The notes beneath the pieces are model-generated. The model had not been told where the DNA came from and ran no database searches. It was given only the letters and a program-made list of their open reading frames with translations. DNA of 63,917 nucleotides, the filler included, from Octopus bimaculoides (lineage: Eukaryota): assembly GCF_001194135.2 (NCBI RefSeq). It is 5 parts of 4 records of this genome, joined end to end, with 100 filler letters (N's around TTAATTAATTAA, not from the genome) between each part and the next. Parts side by side here need not be neighbours in the genome. Positions count along the whole stretch, not along the records: positions 1 to 27,655 come from NC_068982.1; 4 more parts are not named here. One strand, written 5' to 3'. This document shows, piece by piece, positions 13,643 through 26,984 of the stretch. The stretch's first letter is position 1. Every line of letters begins with the position of its first letter. The translations under genes were made by a program, and so were the position numbers.

Positions 13643-14165
13643 CACACTCACATATGTATGTATATATGATTACATACACGGGCATAAACACATACACAGA
13701 TATATACGTAGGAAGATGTATGTGTATATGTTTGTGTGCATGTGTGTGTGTGTATGTGTATGTGGGGGGCTGTTTTTGTATATGTATATATCTATAGGGG
13801 AATATGTGTGTGAAATATNNNNNNNNNNTATATGTATGTACAGATGTATATACATACACGTACATACGTTCCTGTACACACATCTGTGTATGTATGCATT
13901 TTTTAAGTCCCCATACGTGTAAGAATATGCTTGTGTATGAGTGAATATGTTTGTGAAGGTGTATATATGTGCGCATGTGTACGTATGTGTTTGTGTAACT
14001 GTACAGTTATACACATACACATATATATGTATGTATGCATGTATGTATGTATGTAAATACACACACGTACACACACACGTACACACACACGCACACATAT
14101 ATGCATTGTGTATGTATGTATGTATGTATGCATGTATGTATGTATGTATGTATGTATTTATGTGT
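12440..14165. repeat. Compound microsatellite field (AT, AC, ATAC, ATAG, ACAG)
   Basis: Direct inspection; all ORFs here are repeat translations. Confidence 0.9.
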
Positions 14166-15914
14166 GTCTCGTTTCTATTATAAGATGATGTCAACGCTGG
14201 GTAAACGACCGATATCAACCACTATGTTGTAAATAAATACCAGCAGATGTTTATGTAAGACACCCTAAATATTTCATGCTAATTTCCAAAAGAGATGGGT
14301 TGCGATGACCTCTTAAAAATCATGGTCGTCAAATCACGCCACCACAGCAGTAACCTGAACTCACATCAACTAATATTACTTCGATAAAACATAACGCCAT
14401 TTTACAACATCATAAGAAGCTAATTACATTTACTGTTTAACTAAGTTGTTCATTTGAAGAACTGAGTTCGAATTATACCAAAGCTAACTCTTGTCTTGTA
14501 ACATAATCTGTTTGAGATTAACACGAACAGTCTAATAATAGGTTATAGAATTTGATAGTAATTCCTTATGTTACCACAAGGTCACACACAATTGCTGTCG
14601 AAGTATCTCATTGGTTGAAACTATCCTAGTGTATGACTCAAGTACTCAAGTTATTTATGAGCCAGCGAGGCATTGTCTACATGGTCAGTAGACGTGTTGG
14701 AAATAGCAGCCAAATCTCCATCGGGTTCAACAACATCAGCTAGCCAGTATAATAAAAGGCGAGACTGTTGTGGAGTAATTTGATCTCAGAAATGGCAAAT
14801 ACAAAGACAAAACGTTTTATAGTAATTTATTTGCTCTAGTGTAAATGTAATGTATATCGGTGTTCATTCGTCTTTTCTCCAACCATTTAGTCTAGGATTA
14901 GCATCAGGATCAAGATCAGAGTTAGGGTTAGTGTTTGGGTGGAGAGAAAAGACAAATAAATGCTATAAATGTCTAACTTCGTGTCTTGTTTGTACATCAG
15001 AGAGTGGGGGGGAGGGGGTACTGAGCTGAAAGTATTGATTCGAGACCTTCGGATAAAATGTTATATGTGTGTTGCTTTATCGTTATTGCTTGTTTCAGTC
15101 ATTGGACTGTAGCTATTCTAAATGGGAACTGAAAACAGAACGATTGCCAATGACCATCTAATTAAAATAACATCTCATTTATAATTTAACCGAAGGTGAA
15201 GATAGAGCGTGTGCAACCTATTCAGATGTTTTTAGATTGGTAGAAACTGACAGTTATGTATTAGCGTTATGAGTTTTTAATGTGTTTCTAGGTCAGAAAA
15301 GGAGATGTCATAGGTGAATGAATAAGCAAAATAACAGAACTAAAAAAAGAGGCATAAAACGAGATGATGGAATAAAAAAAAAATCATTAATGAAAATAGA
15401 ACATAAACCCTAAACATAACATTACCGTGGACGGGAAGTTGAGTGCTTGTAAAAGAAAGGCTGTCGTTGTTATCACGAGGTCATCCTTTAATGAGCAGAT
15501 TTATGATTAAAGACATTCATACCGTAATCATCTCTTACTTTTTTCCAGGTATTCTATATCTAGGTCTCCAATATACAATGTGTTATTTCTCTTTTTATGA
15601 CGACAGCGTGTGATTTTAGGGTCAAGCGACCATATAAAGACTCGCTGAGAGGTTACTGCAGTTGCTGTTATTTAACCCAAGGTCTTCATCGATCGAAGCG
15701 TGTTTCATCTGCGACTATCCCATCTTTATAAACTATAATCTGTAAAGCTGCAACACACACCACAATGAATAAAACCATTATTGTTCATGTTTCAGGATTT
15801 TCTTCGAGTTGTTTTGTTCTGTTGAACGTTGAGGAGCCATCCTGCCAATGGCTAATTCATTAAAGTGGTGACTCCAACGTGATCCACTTTAGTGAATTAG
15901 ACATTGGGTTTTCT

Positions 15915-16420
15915 ACTTCAGTAGACACCTCTGGCTATCACCCAACCTCCAATGGAATGGTGGAAAGGTTTCACAGACAGTTGAAAGCTGCACTACGCGC
16001 TACTCCTCATCTGCAACGTTGGACCGAATTCCTGCCAATCGTTCTTCTCGGTTGTTGTTCTGCTGTTAAGACAGATTTGGGTTTCTCCTCATCCGAACTT
16101 CTTTACAGTACCATTCTGACGCTTCCTGGTCAAATGTTAGCACCGGTTGATCCAACATCATATGTCACCAGAATTCGTTCTTACTTTTAGGATCTTCCAC
16201 CAATGACTCCTCGTGAACAATCTATTTCTTCTGCTATTCCATGAGACATCTCTACGTGGACACACGTTTTTATACTAATGATTCCGTCAAATGACCGCTT
16301 ACGTCACCCTATAATGAACCTTTTCGTGTGCTTTTGCACACACCGAAACACTTCACAGTTGATGTTAATGGTCGATAAGAGACAATATTCATTGACAGAG
16401 TAATGAAGGCTTTCTATGAA
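15915..16420 (+). pseudogene. Ty3/Gypsy integrase C-terminal relic
   Basis: SGYHPTSNGMVERFHRQLKAALR...WTEFLPIVLLG...KTDLGFSSSELLY..LTLPG; continues with stops and frameshifts through SPYNEPFRVL...FTVDVNG. Confidence 0.9.
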
Positions 16421-17058
16421 AGTCTCATTTCAATATCTGACACACCTTATACATTCACTCCCATACCAACACCTTCACCTCCACCGCAAACATCACATAC
16501 CTCTCAACCTTATGTCACACGAAATGGCAGAACAGTGAAATGGTCACGTAAGTTGTCCAGAACTATATACGTTTAACTTCTTGTGGTATTAACAAACTGT
16601 TTCCTGTTGATACATCACAAGTTTGAACAAACTTTTCTGACATTCATTGTGTAAAATGTGTTACATTTACATTTTCCTGCATTATCTTTGTGTAGCAGCC
16701 ATTTTTATGCTGTGAACCATTTCTTTCCCAATTCACATTTTGGTATTGCATTTTGTATTGACATGTTTATATACACAGTTATTTTGGTTACACACCTTTC
16801 TTGCCATTTTTTGCACTATTTGTTTGTGTGCACAGCTATGAATCTCAAGGTTTCCTGCACCAAACCCTGCAATTTTTATTACATATAATATTCATACATT
16901 TACATGTTTTGTACCTTTCTGCTTTTTGCTTTAGCTGCAAGCTCATGTTTTTTGTTCATCCAGTTTCTTGTACCTTCGATTTTTGCATTTCATTCTTACG
17001 GGTTCTTGCGACAATGACCTTTGATTAGTTACCGACTTGTCGTCTGAGAGGGGAGTAA

Positions 17059-17216
17059 TGTAGCGCCCTCTCAATTAATTAAATAAATAAAACAGGGATG
17101 TAAGCTTGAGTGACCTTCCGTAGAATGTTGGGACTTCCGATCCACGTATTATAAAAAGGAAAAAAAAACGAAAGTTAATCTCTCCCCCGCCTTTTTTTAA
17201 CTGAGAGGGCGCTACA
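17059..17216 (+). mobile_element. Putative 3' LTR (158 bp) of the Gypsy relic
   Basis: TG...CA ends with a perfect 15-bp inverted repeat (TGTAGCGCCCTCTCA / TGAGAGGGCGCTACA); polypurine tract GAGAGGGGAG at 17046-17055 lies 3 nt upstream; follows the integrase relic. Confidence 0.75.
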
Positions 17217-17300
17217 CACTTGACCAAATCACCGCACAGTGGGTCTGAACTCGAAACTACGAGGCCGTGAAACAAGCTCCTTACCATACAGTCATGCCTG
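17217..17300 (-). mobile_element. SINE family A head abutting the LTR
   Basis: cacttgaccaaatcaccgcacagtgggtctgaactc...ccttaccatacagtcatgcctgc. Confidence 0.6.
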
Positions 17301-17837
17301 CTAATCTCTTTTTCTGCTTTTTTTTTTTTTTTTCATATACATATTTTTCACTTTTCAAATAATGCAACGACACAGCTTCATCTTTTACTTCACACAACAT
17401 ATAAGGTTACTGTGACGTCTATGGAAAAGAAACCAATAAATAAAGAAAGAGAAGGAAGCCTTCTGCAGACTCTTATTTCACTAAGTGTTGAATAAACTAA
17501 ACATCTGAAATAGGAAAAAGGCGAAGAAGAAATATAAATATCTTCAACATGTTTAAATAATTACAATCTAAAATAAGACTTCAATCAACGGATTGAAATA
17601 TATCCCGTATGTTACTTTATCCCAAGAACAATTGTTTAATGTTTTCAGGTGGAAACTGTTTCTCCATTACGTCATTCATTATAACGACTAGCAACAAGTG
17701 GTTGTTCTGGAAAATATTACTGGAATTGAGCAAAAGGGGGTTTAACTCTCGGATGTCTGTCTGCCTGGTTCTGACTCATTCTTTCTTTTTTTACCTCGAC
17801 AAAAAGACACAACGATCTTCTTCAAACTATCTTTTAT

Positions 17838-18045
17838 CTTTTACTTCTTCCGGTCATTGAGCTGCGGCCACGCTGGGGTACCGGCTTGATGGATTTAGCC
17901 GAACAAGTCGACCCTACTACTTATTTTCTAAGGCTGGTACTTATTCTATCAGACTGTTTTGTCGAGCCGCTATGTTACGGACATGTAAACAAACCAACAC
18001 CAATTTTCAACCGTTTAGGGAAACAAACACAGTATCAAAGACACC
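17838..18045 (-). mobile_element. SINE family A, 3' half
   Basis: ggtcattgagctgcggccacgctggggtacc...gagccgctatgttacggacatgtaaac. Confidence 0.7.
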
Positions 18046-19307
18046 CACACGAATACACACACACATATGCAAAATAGGTGTTTAATTCCTGCATGTTGAG
18101 TCAACGGCTGCAAAACGTTGAGTTAACGGTTTGCAACCGTTTACTCAACACCTATTTTTGTATATCTTAAACTACCTCTGACGAGATTCGACTTTCAAAA
18201 AATTTTTGATTTTATTAATTAATTTTTTGAAGGTCTAGAACTGAAACAGCTGTAAGAGATGTTTGTCACTTTTTTAATTAATAAATAATAATTTATCAAT
18301 TATCTCTCTATTTTCTTATTGTAATATATGTATGCATGTATGTATTATCTTGCTCCGGCTTGTCTCTGGATAATGTCAATAAAGTGGAGAGGGTCTATGA
18401 GGTGTTGTGCAAGCCTTATTGGGCATAAAACTCTGCACAGGCATTGCCGACCTCTGCTCGACATGTGCGTTTTTTTTTATTCCCCACCCCCTATATATAA
18501 GTTAGTCCTAGAGCGCACAATGTTCCTGAAGGTCGGCAATGGTCTTCCTCGGTCACGAGTGGACGGCCATCATCATCATATATATATATATATACATATA
18601 TATGTACATATATATATATATATACATATATATATACATACATGCATGCATATATATGAGCATGTTTAGATATGCAACTATAAGCATGAGAATATATACA
18701 TAAAGCAAAACATACAAATCTGCAGATATACATACATACAAGTAAAAATACCCTGTTGTTGATGCTGAAATGCCAATGAAGGAGCTTTGGATCTAGGTTA
18801 GAAACCGGCTCTTTTGACAAGAAATCTTGAAAATAAAACTGAACAATGACATATTCTATAAAATTTTCGATGTGCATCGGATTGTTTATATTTGTGTGTG
18901 CGCATAGGCGTATGCGTTGATCTTTGTCGTTCCTCCCCTCCCCCAAAGTCCCAACGCACGACAATGTAATACAAACCCCTTCTCAGATTAAACAGGTCTA
19001 TTCTGTTAGCTAGATATATTCCTATTGATCAATGGACACGTGTACACAATGAAAAAACACAACAAGCGTATCGGATGTTCTCTCGTACATAACACCTCCA
19101 TAATTAAGAAGTGAACTATAGATGCCTGTCTATTTTATACCGCATGTCTTACGTTTCTTACTCGTCGTAAAGGGCGATCGCTATGACCTAGAACCGACAG
19201 ATAACAAACAGACGGAATACTATGTAGAAGATCAGTAAAAGACAGTTTTGAAGCAGCGACGAAGGGAAGGGATGTGAATGTTTGCTTATTTTAATCTTAG
19301 GTCTTAC

Positions 19308-19345
19308 CTATTATAAAATGACGGCCGATTTGTTTTCTTTATTCC
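19308..19345 (-). other. Candidate 38-nt orphan exon (GIKKTNRPSFYN+)
   Basis: Minus strand: long polypyrimidine tract + CAAG | 38 nt | GTAAGA; one frame open; parent gene unknown. Confidence 0.3.
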
Positions 19346-19449
19346 CTTGAAGGCAAGAACAGAAAGGAGAAAGAAAGAGAGACAGAGAGGAGAGAGGGGG
19401 AGAGAAGGGGCTGAGAGAGAGGAATGGAATTAACAGGGTAGGAGTTGAA

Positions 19450-19520
<71 letters not shown>

Positions 19521-20132
19521 TTTTAGAAGAAATGAGAGCAAGAAAGGAAGAGGAAGCTCTGGGGAAGGAGTTCGTCCGAAAATGGAGAGGGGAGTATGGG
19601 AGATACGTAGAGAGAGATAGAGAGAGAGAGAGAGAATGTGTGAGAGAGAGAGAGAATGTGTGAGAGAGAGAGAGAATGTGTGAGAGAGAGAGAGAGAAGG
19701 AGAGAAAGACAGAGAATGAGAGAGAGGGAGAGAAAGTCAGAGAAGGACTGCAAAAGTTTAGTTTGAATTGAGATCAATTGTCACAGAAATGAGATCGAGA
19801 AGGAAAGAAAAAGAGAAAGGGGGAGAGTGAGGAAGAGAGAAAGACATAGAGATGAACATTGAGGAATACAGAGAAACAGAAAAACTATCAATGTGAGTGA
19901 AAGATAGTATGAAGGTTGTGATTATTTAACACTTGAAATATGACTCCTTTTTCTCACTTTCTCTCTCCCCCTCAATCTTTCTCTCTTTCTGCCATTCTCT
20001 GACTGCCAAATGTCTCTCTCACCCTATCATTCTGTCTCTCCTTCTCACCCCCTCTCTCCGTCTCGCTCTCGTGCCAAAAGGATTAGGAAAATGCTAAAGA
20101 TATTTTTAAAAGAGAGCAAACGAAGATATTCT

Positions 20133-20562
20133 TTTCTACTCTAGGCACAAGGCCCGAAATATTTTGGAAGGGGCGGTCACTCGATTAGAAGGCCCCAGTG
20201 CGTAACTGGTACTTAATTAATCGACCTCGAAAGGATGAAAGGCAAAGTCGACCTCGGCGGAACTTGAAATCAGAACGTAAAGACAGACGAAATACTATTA
20301 AGCATTTCGTCCGGCATGCTAACGTTTCTTATTTCTTTATTACCCACAAAGGACTAAACATAGAGGAGACAAACAAGGACAGACAAAGGGATTAAGTCGA
20401 TTACATCGACACCAGTACGTAACTGGTACTTAATTTATCGACCCCGAAAGGATGAAAGGCAAAGTCGACCTCGGCGGAGTTTGAACTCAGAACGTAGTGG
20501 CAGACGAAATATCGCCAAGCACTTCGTCCGGCGTGCTAACGGTTCTGCCGGCTCGCCGCCTT
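20133..20562 (-). mobile_element. Two tandem SINE family D copies
   Basis: tcgaccYcgaaaggatgaaaggcaaagtcgacctcggcgg...gaactcagaacgta occurs twice; GC-rich head ggctcgccgcct at 20550-20562. Confidence 0.85.
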
Positions 20563-21023
20563 AGTAATAATAATAACAACAACAATAATAACAACAACAA
20601 TAACAACAACAATGATGGGGTAGTTTAATTTATTTGCCACAAGAGTGACCTGCGATGACAGCATTACAGTGGGAGATTATAAAAATGTGTATGGGCAAGA
20701 GGTTTCATAGAAGCCTAGTGGGAAAGATGAAAATCGAAAGACAGAAAAGCCTTTGAAATTTACACCTGACACCACTGTCAATATAAGGTCTTTGTCAACA
20801 AAAGGCCAAAAAGGTAAAAAAAAAATTAAGAAGTAATGGAGATGAGGAAGAAGAGAAAATACACAAAGGAAAGACAAAATGCAAGAAAAACAGACAAAAG
20901 CAAAACTTTTGACAATAAGCATACAGTTTGGCTTCACTTAGTTGTTCACAGGATTAACGATGAAAGATTCTCTGAAATTCTTGTTATCTTTGTTATTTCA
21001 ATTATTATTGTTCGTTGACCGCT

Positions 21024-21555
21024 GAAGGCAGCGAACGGGCAGAATTGTTACTGCGCCGGACAAAAATACTTAGCGGCATTTCGTCAGCCTTTTTATGTTC
21101 TAAGCTCAAATTCATCTAAGGCCATTCGATAAAATTAGTATCTGATGAGTACTGGGATTGATATAGTCGACTTAAATCTCTTTTAACATTGCTGGCCTTT
21201 TACCAAAATCTGAAACCAAAGACAGCGAGGTGGCAGAATCTTTATCGCACCGGACAAAATACTAGCGGTATTTCTTCCAGGTCTTTACGTTTCTGAGTTG
21301 AAATTCTGTCGAGGTTGACTTAGCTTTTCATCGGAGTTGATAAAACTATTGCAAGTTCAGCTGTGTAGGTGGAATACATCAAATTCCACCCTTCACCCCA
21401 CCCCTCAAATGCTGTCCTTGTACCAAAATTTGAAAGAATTATTATTTGCCTGTGGATTGGCAGAATCGTAAGGAAATCGAGAAAACGCTTTACAGTAGTT
21501 GTCCTGTCTCTTTACATTCTAAATTCAATCCCACCGAGGTCAGCTTGCCTATTAC
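21024..21555 (+). mobile_element. Three degenerate SINE family D copies
   Basis: Heads with ggcagaat at about 21024, 21222 and 21463, each followed by ttctRaRYTcaaatYc...gaggt-like sequence. Confidence 0.65.
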
Positions 21556-21709
21556 CTCCCCGGGACATATGCAAACTCCTGTTTGCATAAGATTAATACG
21601 AGGATGGGCGATATCATACTTTAATAGTAAATCACAATATTTGCTTCTGCACTGCACAGCAGCTTTAAGTTGCTGAGTTTATATTCATATACCATTATAG
21701 AAGATCATT

Positions 21710-22097
21710 GTTGTTGGCACTCCGTCGCTTACGACGTCGAGGGCTCCAGTTGATCCGATCAACGGAACAGCCTGCTCGTGAAATTAACGTGCAAGTGGCT
21801 GAGCACTCCACAGACACGTGTACCCTTAACGTAGTTCTCGGGGATATTCAGCGTGAGACAGAGTGTGACAAGGCTGGCCCTTTGAATTACAGGCACAACA
21901 GAAACAGGAAGTAAGAGTGAGAGAAAGTTGTGGTGAAAGAGTACAGCAGGGTTCACCACCATCCCCCGCCGGAGCCTCGTGGGGCTTTAGGTGTTTTCGC
22001 TCAATAAACACTCACAACTCCCGGTCTGGGAATCGAAACCGCGATCCTATGACCGCGGGTCCGCTGCCCTAACCACTGGGCCATTGCGTCTCCACTA
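21710..22097 (-). mobile_element. SINE family B, full length
   Basis: tRNA-like A box (TGGCCCAGTGG) and B box (GGTTTCGATTCCC); (CAA)n tail; 14-bp TSD TATAGAAGATCATT at 21696-21709 and 22098-22111. Confidence 0.9.
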
Positions 22098-22409
22098 TAT
22101 AGAAGATCATTCAGCCGATAAAGCATTCAAACATGACTGTTACTGAAAAAAATATTCAACTACATAATAATTATAAAGAATGATCTTGTATAACGGTATA
22201 GAAATATAAACTCAGCAGCTTGAAGCTGGTGTGTGGCACAGAAACAGATGCGATCTACTGTTAAAGTTTGATATCCTTCATCGCTGTGTTATATTATCTA
22301 TGTTTGCACATATATATATATATGTGTGTTGTATGTATGTGTGTGTGTTTCAGTCGTTCATTCTTAATTTCTCTCTCTCCCACTTTCTCTCACATTCTTT
22401 CTCTCATCA

Positions 22410-22453
<44 letters not shown>

Positions 22454-23149
22454 AAAAAGAAGAGAAAGGAGAAACAAATATCGAGTGAAGAAAACAAAAC
22501 AGAGAGCACGGCAAAAGGATAGAGACTAAGCTGTGAAAAAAGAGAAGAAACAACAGGAGTCGGAAGAAGTATACAACAGTCCATATATTGAAATTACTGC
22601 TGACTTAAGATAGACAATAGAAACAATATGTTTGTGTGTGCGCGCGCGCGTGTATGTGTGTGTGTGTGTGTGTGTACAAGTGTGTATATACGTGGTGATA
22701 TATAAAAAAAAACCCTTTATTTACGAGGATGAAGAGTAAAAGAAGCAGGGAAGCAAGAGAGAGCTAGAAGCAAATGCATTAAAGTTAACGAAGCAAAACA
22801 ATTAAATAATAAATTAGGTCATATGTGCAGACAAGAGTTGAATACAAAGGGAAGACAGATAGAGAATGTTAACGTAAGGTAAAGAAGAAATGAAAGTGAA
22901 TATATTAACAGTTTAAGAAGACAACTGCTTGATTCTCAAATGAAATAAAATGCAATGTTCGAGTTTGAATTTAACATTAATAAACAGTTCCCATACGAAA
23001 TATTTTCCATGAACACATACTTGATAGTGAGTTTCTGATACAAAATATGAATGTGAATATTCCGAATATTCATAGAATTTCGAGTTTTCAAAGAATTTTC
23101 AATAACTATCGAAGGATTTCAATGGATATTTAAGGCGTGGCTTAGCGTA

Positions 23150-23279
23150 GGCGAAGCCATGGCTGTGTTCAGTCCTAATGCCTTGCACTTTGGACAAGTA
23201 TCTTCAACTATAACCTCGGGCTGACAAAAGCCTTATGAGTGGATTTGGTAGACGGAAATTAAAAGAAATCCGTCTTATA
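23150..23279 (+). mobile_element. SINE family A head and core
   Basis: cctcgggctgacaaaagccttatgagtggatttggtagacggaaattaaaagaaatccgtc. Confidence 0.75.
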
Positions 23280-23281
23280 TA

Positions 23282-23929
23282 CAGAGTACAGTGAATAAAC
23301 TGTCATTTAAATTACGCAAAAAGGAAAATTAACTGACATCTCATTTTAACAGATATATTTACCAAAATTACATAAAAATATCTTGAAATACTAGGTGGTC
23401 AGATTTTAGGGGTGATGTTGTCGCAAAAATTGTCTGACAGTCATGGCTGGGTTCTCCACCTTGTGTGGCATGGTGCAGAGTCCTGTTGCCAGATACAGGG
23501 TCTTCCAGTAGCCACCCTCTTGACCCAGAGCAGCACTACCTCCACCACGCACTTGATGTAGGTCTCCGTGTTGAGTGTGAACCGTGTGGGAAGATGAATG
23601 GGGGGCATAACGTCGCCATCACTAGTGATCACACCAAACACCATGATGTCGACTGGATGTTTGAGCTTTATCAGTCACGGTATATGTCCTGGGACTGCAC
23701 TGTTCTCAGATTGACACCCAAATACTCTGAAATGTTCGTATTGGAGCTTCCTGCACGCAGCACAGCATGTCGTTTCCAAATTTCTGGGAAAGTAAACAGC
23801 GTCACGGTGCTGTTTTCTCACAGACGGTGCCCAACTAATTCTACCACACTGTGTAGTTGACAAAATCAAAAACAAACAATGCGCGAAATTAGAAATATAA
23901 AACGGCGATAATTTACCCATCGCACCCTG
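23282..23929 (-). mobile_element. Internally deleted Tc1/mariner-superfamily element (maT/DD37D-like by motif)
   Basis: Minus strand gives VMVFGVITSDGDVMPP...LNTETYIKC...RVATGRPCIWQQDSAPCH; right terminus CACCCTG|TA; degenerate left terminus TA|CAGAGTAC. Confidence 0.75.
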
Positions 23930-24446
23930 TATATGTGTGGGTATATATATNNNNNNNNNNNNNNNNNNNNNNNNNNNNNNNNNNNNNNNNNNNNNNNNNN
24001 NNNNNNNNNNNNNNNNNNNNNNNNNNNNNNNNNNNNNNNNNNNNNNNNNNNNNNNNNNNNNNNNNNNNNNNNNNNNNNNNNNNNNNNNNNNNNNNNNNNN
24101 NNNNNNNNNNNNNNNNNNNNNNNNNNNNNNNNNNNNNNNNNNNNNNNNNNNNNNNNNNNNNNNNNNNNNNNNNNNNNNNNNNNNNNNNNNNNNNNNNNNN
24201 NNNNNNNNNNNNNNNNNNNNNNNNNNNNNNNNNNNNNNNNNNNNNNNNNNNNNNNNNNNNNNNNNNNNNNNNNNNNNNNNNNNNNNNNNNNNNNACAATG
24301 AATGTATAGGTTGATGCTCAATTTAAGATGGAGGACAGAAGGGGTGTAACATTTCGAGCATGGTGCTTCGTCAAAAAGAGAGAAGAGGCAAGGAAAAGAA
24401 TACTCCATGAAAAGGACGTGTGTGGTCACATGGCTGATGAATATAC

Positions 24447-24502
<56 letters not shown>

Positions 24503-24509
24503 TCTTTTA

Positions 24510-24937
24510 TACTTTTACTTGTTTCAGTCACTAGAGTGCGGCCATGCTGGGTCACCGCCTTGAAGAACTTTAGTCGAATGAATCAACCCTAGTACTTTTT
24601 ATTATTTTAAGCCTGGTACTTATTTTATTGGCCTCTTTTGCCGAACAGCTAAGTTATGGGGATGGAAACACACCAACACGGGTTGTCAAACGTGGGCGTG
24701 GGGATAAGCACAAATATACATACATACATACATACAGACAGACAGACAGACAGACACACATATCTATATATGTATACGACGGACCTTTTTCAGTTTCCAT
24801 CTACCAAATCCACTCACATGGCTTTGGTCGAGCCGAAACTATAGCAGAAGACACATGCCCAAAGTGCCACGCAGTGGGATTGGACCCGGAACCATGTGAT
24901 TGGGAAGCAAGCTTCTTACCACACAATCACTCATGCA
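24510..24937 (-). mobile_element. SINE family A, full length
   Basis: Tail, central microsatellite, core and tRNA-like head are all present. Confidence 0.85.
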
Positions 24938-26984
24938 TATATATATATATATATANNNNNNNNNNNNNNNNNNNNNNNNNNNNNNNNNNNNNNNNNNNNN
25001 NNNNNNNNNNNNNNNNNNNNNNNNNNNNNNNNNNNNNNNNNNNNNNNNNNNNNNNNNNNNNNNNNNNNNNNNNNNNNNNNNNNNNNNNNNNNNNNNNNNN
25101 NNNNNNNNNNNNNNNNNNNNNNNNNNNNNNNNNNNNNNNNNNNNNNNNNNNNNNNNNNNNNNNNNNNNNNNNNNNNNNNNNNNNNNNNNNNNNNNNNNNN
25201 NNNNNNNNNNNNNNNNNNNNNNNNNNNNNNNNNNNNNNNNNNNNNNNNNNNNNNNNNNNNNNNNNNNNNNNNNNNNNNNNCTGTCTGTGTGTCTATGTAT
25301 GTCTCTGTCACCAATAAATATCGGCAAATAACTGAAGAATAAAACGGTGACATTCCCTTGTCACTGTTCTCTTCGTAAGCGCACTGCACCAGTAATTGGT
25401 TCCTTATAAACTTGTTATTCAACGATGCCCGTTAAAAACAGAAAGAAAAGAAATTGCGATATATAAAAACAACCGTGCTGTAGTTCCAGTTTGTAACAAT
25501 AGGAAATAAGCACCGTTTATGTGATGGAATGTCGACTATGAAACCTCTATGGCCTGCGTATGTTGTTTACGCATATTAGTGTTCACAAGGTCTGCCTTAA
25601 GATAAGATAGTCGCTACACCATTGTCATTCTGGTACATATGAGAATCTACTAACAAATGGGTTAATGCCCGAAACAAAGAAAAAAAACGATAAGATTAAA
25701 ATTTTAAAAATTCTAAATAATATATCTGAACTTTCAATAGATCATCTAAACGAATATAATTTCTATTTAAAATTAACGCATATTTTCGTCTTATACATAA
25801 TATATAATAAATATTTACTTTTTAATTTATTTTTCATGTCGTATTTACTCCTTCGCAATTCAATTCTTACGAAGGATTGTTGATAATAACATGAAACATG
25901 ACGCGGCTAAGGGCACGTGCAATTACATTATAAATCTTCTTATTATTCAAACCTATAATATCAACCAATTGTCATTGTTTGACAGTAATGAATTTACCTG
26001 TCTGTTTTAAAACCAACTCTGCTCGTATCTGTCGTTACAGTTTGTTTGATTCTCATAAATCTCTGTCGAGTAAAAGCACATTACACTTTCTAGACCTACG
26101 ACACGTTTGCGGTCATAAATTTCTCAGATGGACAAACCAATGAGAATTATAACCACCATTGCTTGACATTCATTTATCTCTGTGTGTCATCAATGATAAT
26201 AAGATTTATTTCGTTCTGTTTTTAAACCATCACCATTTGATATATGAAAAAAAAATATATATACATTATTCTGACCATAAAACAAATCCTACCAGACACA
26301 TAAAACAGTCATTCTGTCTACAAACAAATGAATTGTTATCTTTTTGGTATGTTGCTTTTAAAAGTGACGTTCTCAATAAAATACTCTTCAAATTACACTA
26401 TCTTAACAAACAGATATTATTCGATAATGAGAAAATATTAAATGAAGCTGAATCAATGCAGTTTTTAAACGTAGTGTTTCGCTTGTTATCATCCAACTCT
26501 TTACTATTTTAATGTTTTCAATGAGTCGCTCTGGTTATTTTCATGACGTATTCGTTGTCGTATGTACAGCATTTATTCATACTACTCATCCAAATCTCCC
26601 TATCAGGAAATAAACTGAGGACATACAAGGTTTGATTAATAAGTATCAGGACAGTTACCATACTAACGAAGCTAAAGCACGCAGAGTGAAGCCTCTTGGT
26701 ACAGATTAACCTTGCACTCCGCTGTGCATGCGCACTAAGTTTTAACGATCTAGCTCACCCTGCTGACTTGAAAGGTATTGTAAACGCCAGTTCAAATTGA
26801 TTCGAGAACTTCTGTGAATAACTGATTCTATGGCAGTCAAATATCTACATTTAATGCATACCAACAAAGCAATCGACCGGCGATGTTGACGAAATGATAT
26901 AAGCAAATTGAAGACTCATTGAAAGATTTCTACATTAAGCTTTCTGTATTTGAGAATAAATTTCTTGATTGAATATAATTTTTT

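Noticed and set aside
20650-20836. Lys-rich plus frame (KPSGKDENRKTEKPLKF...)
   Set aside because: It is interrupted by a stop, has no recognisable family, and the purine bias explains the openness.
21990-22093. tRNA genes at SINE heads (also 55338, 45557, 54372, 63830)
   Set aside because: A and B boxes are present, but each continues into a SINE body and tail, some with TSDs; I could not draw a complete cloverleaf.
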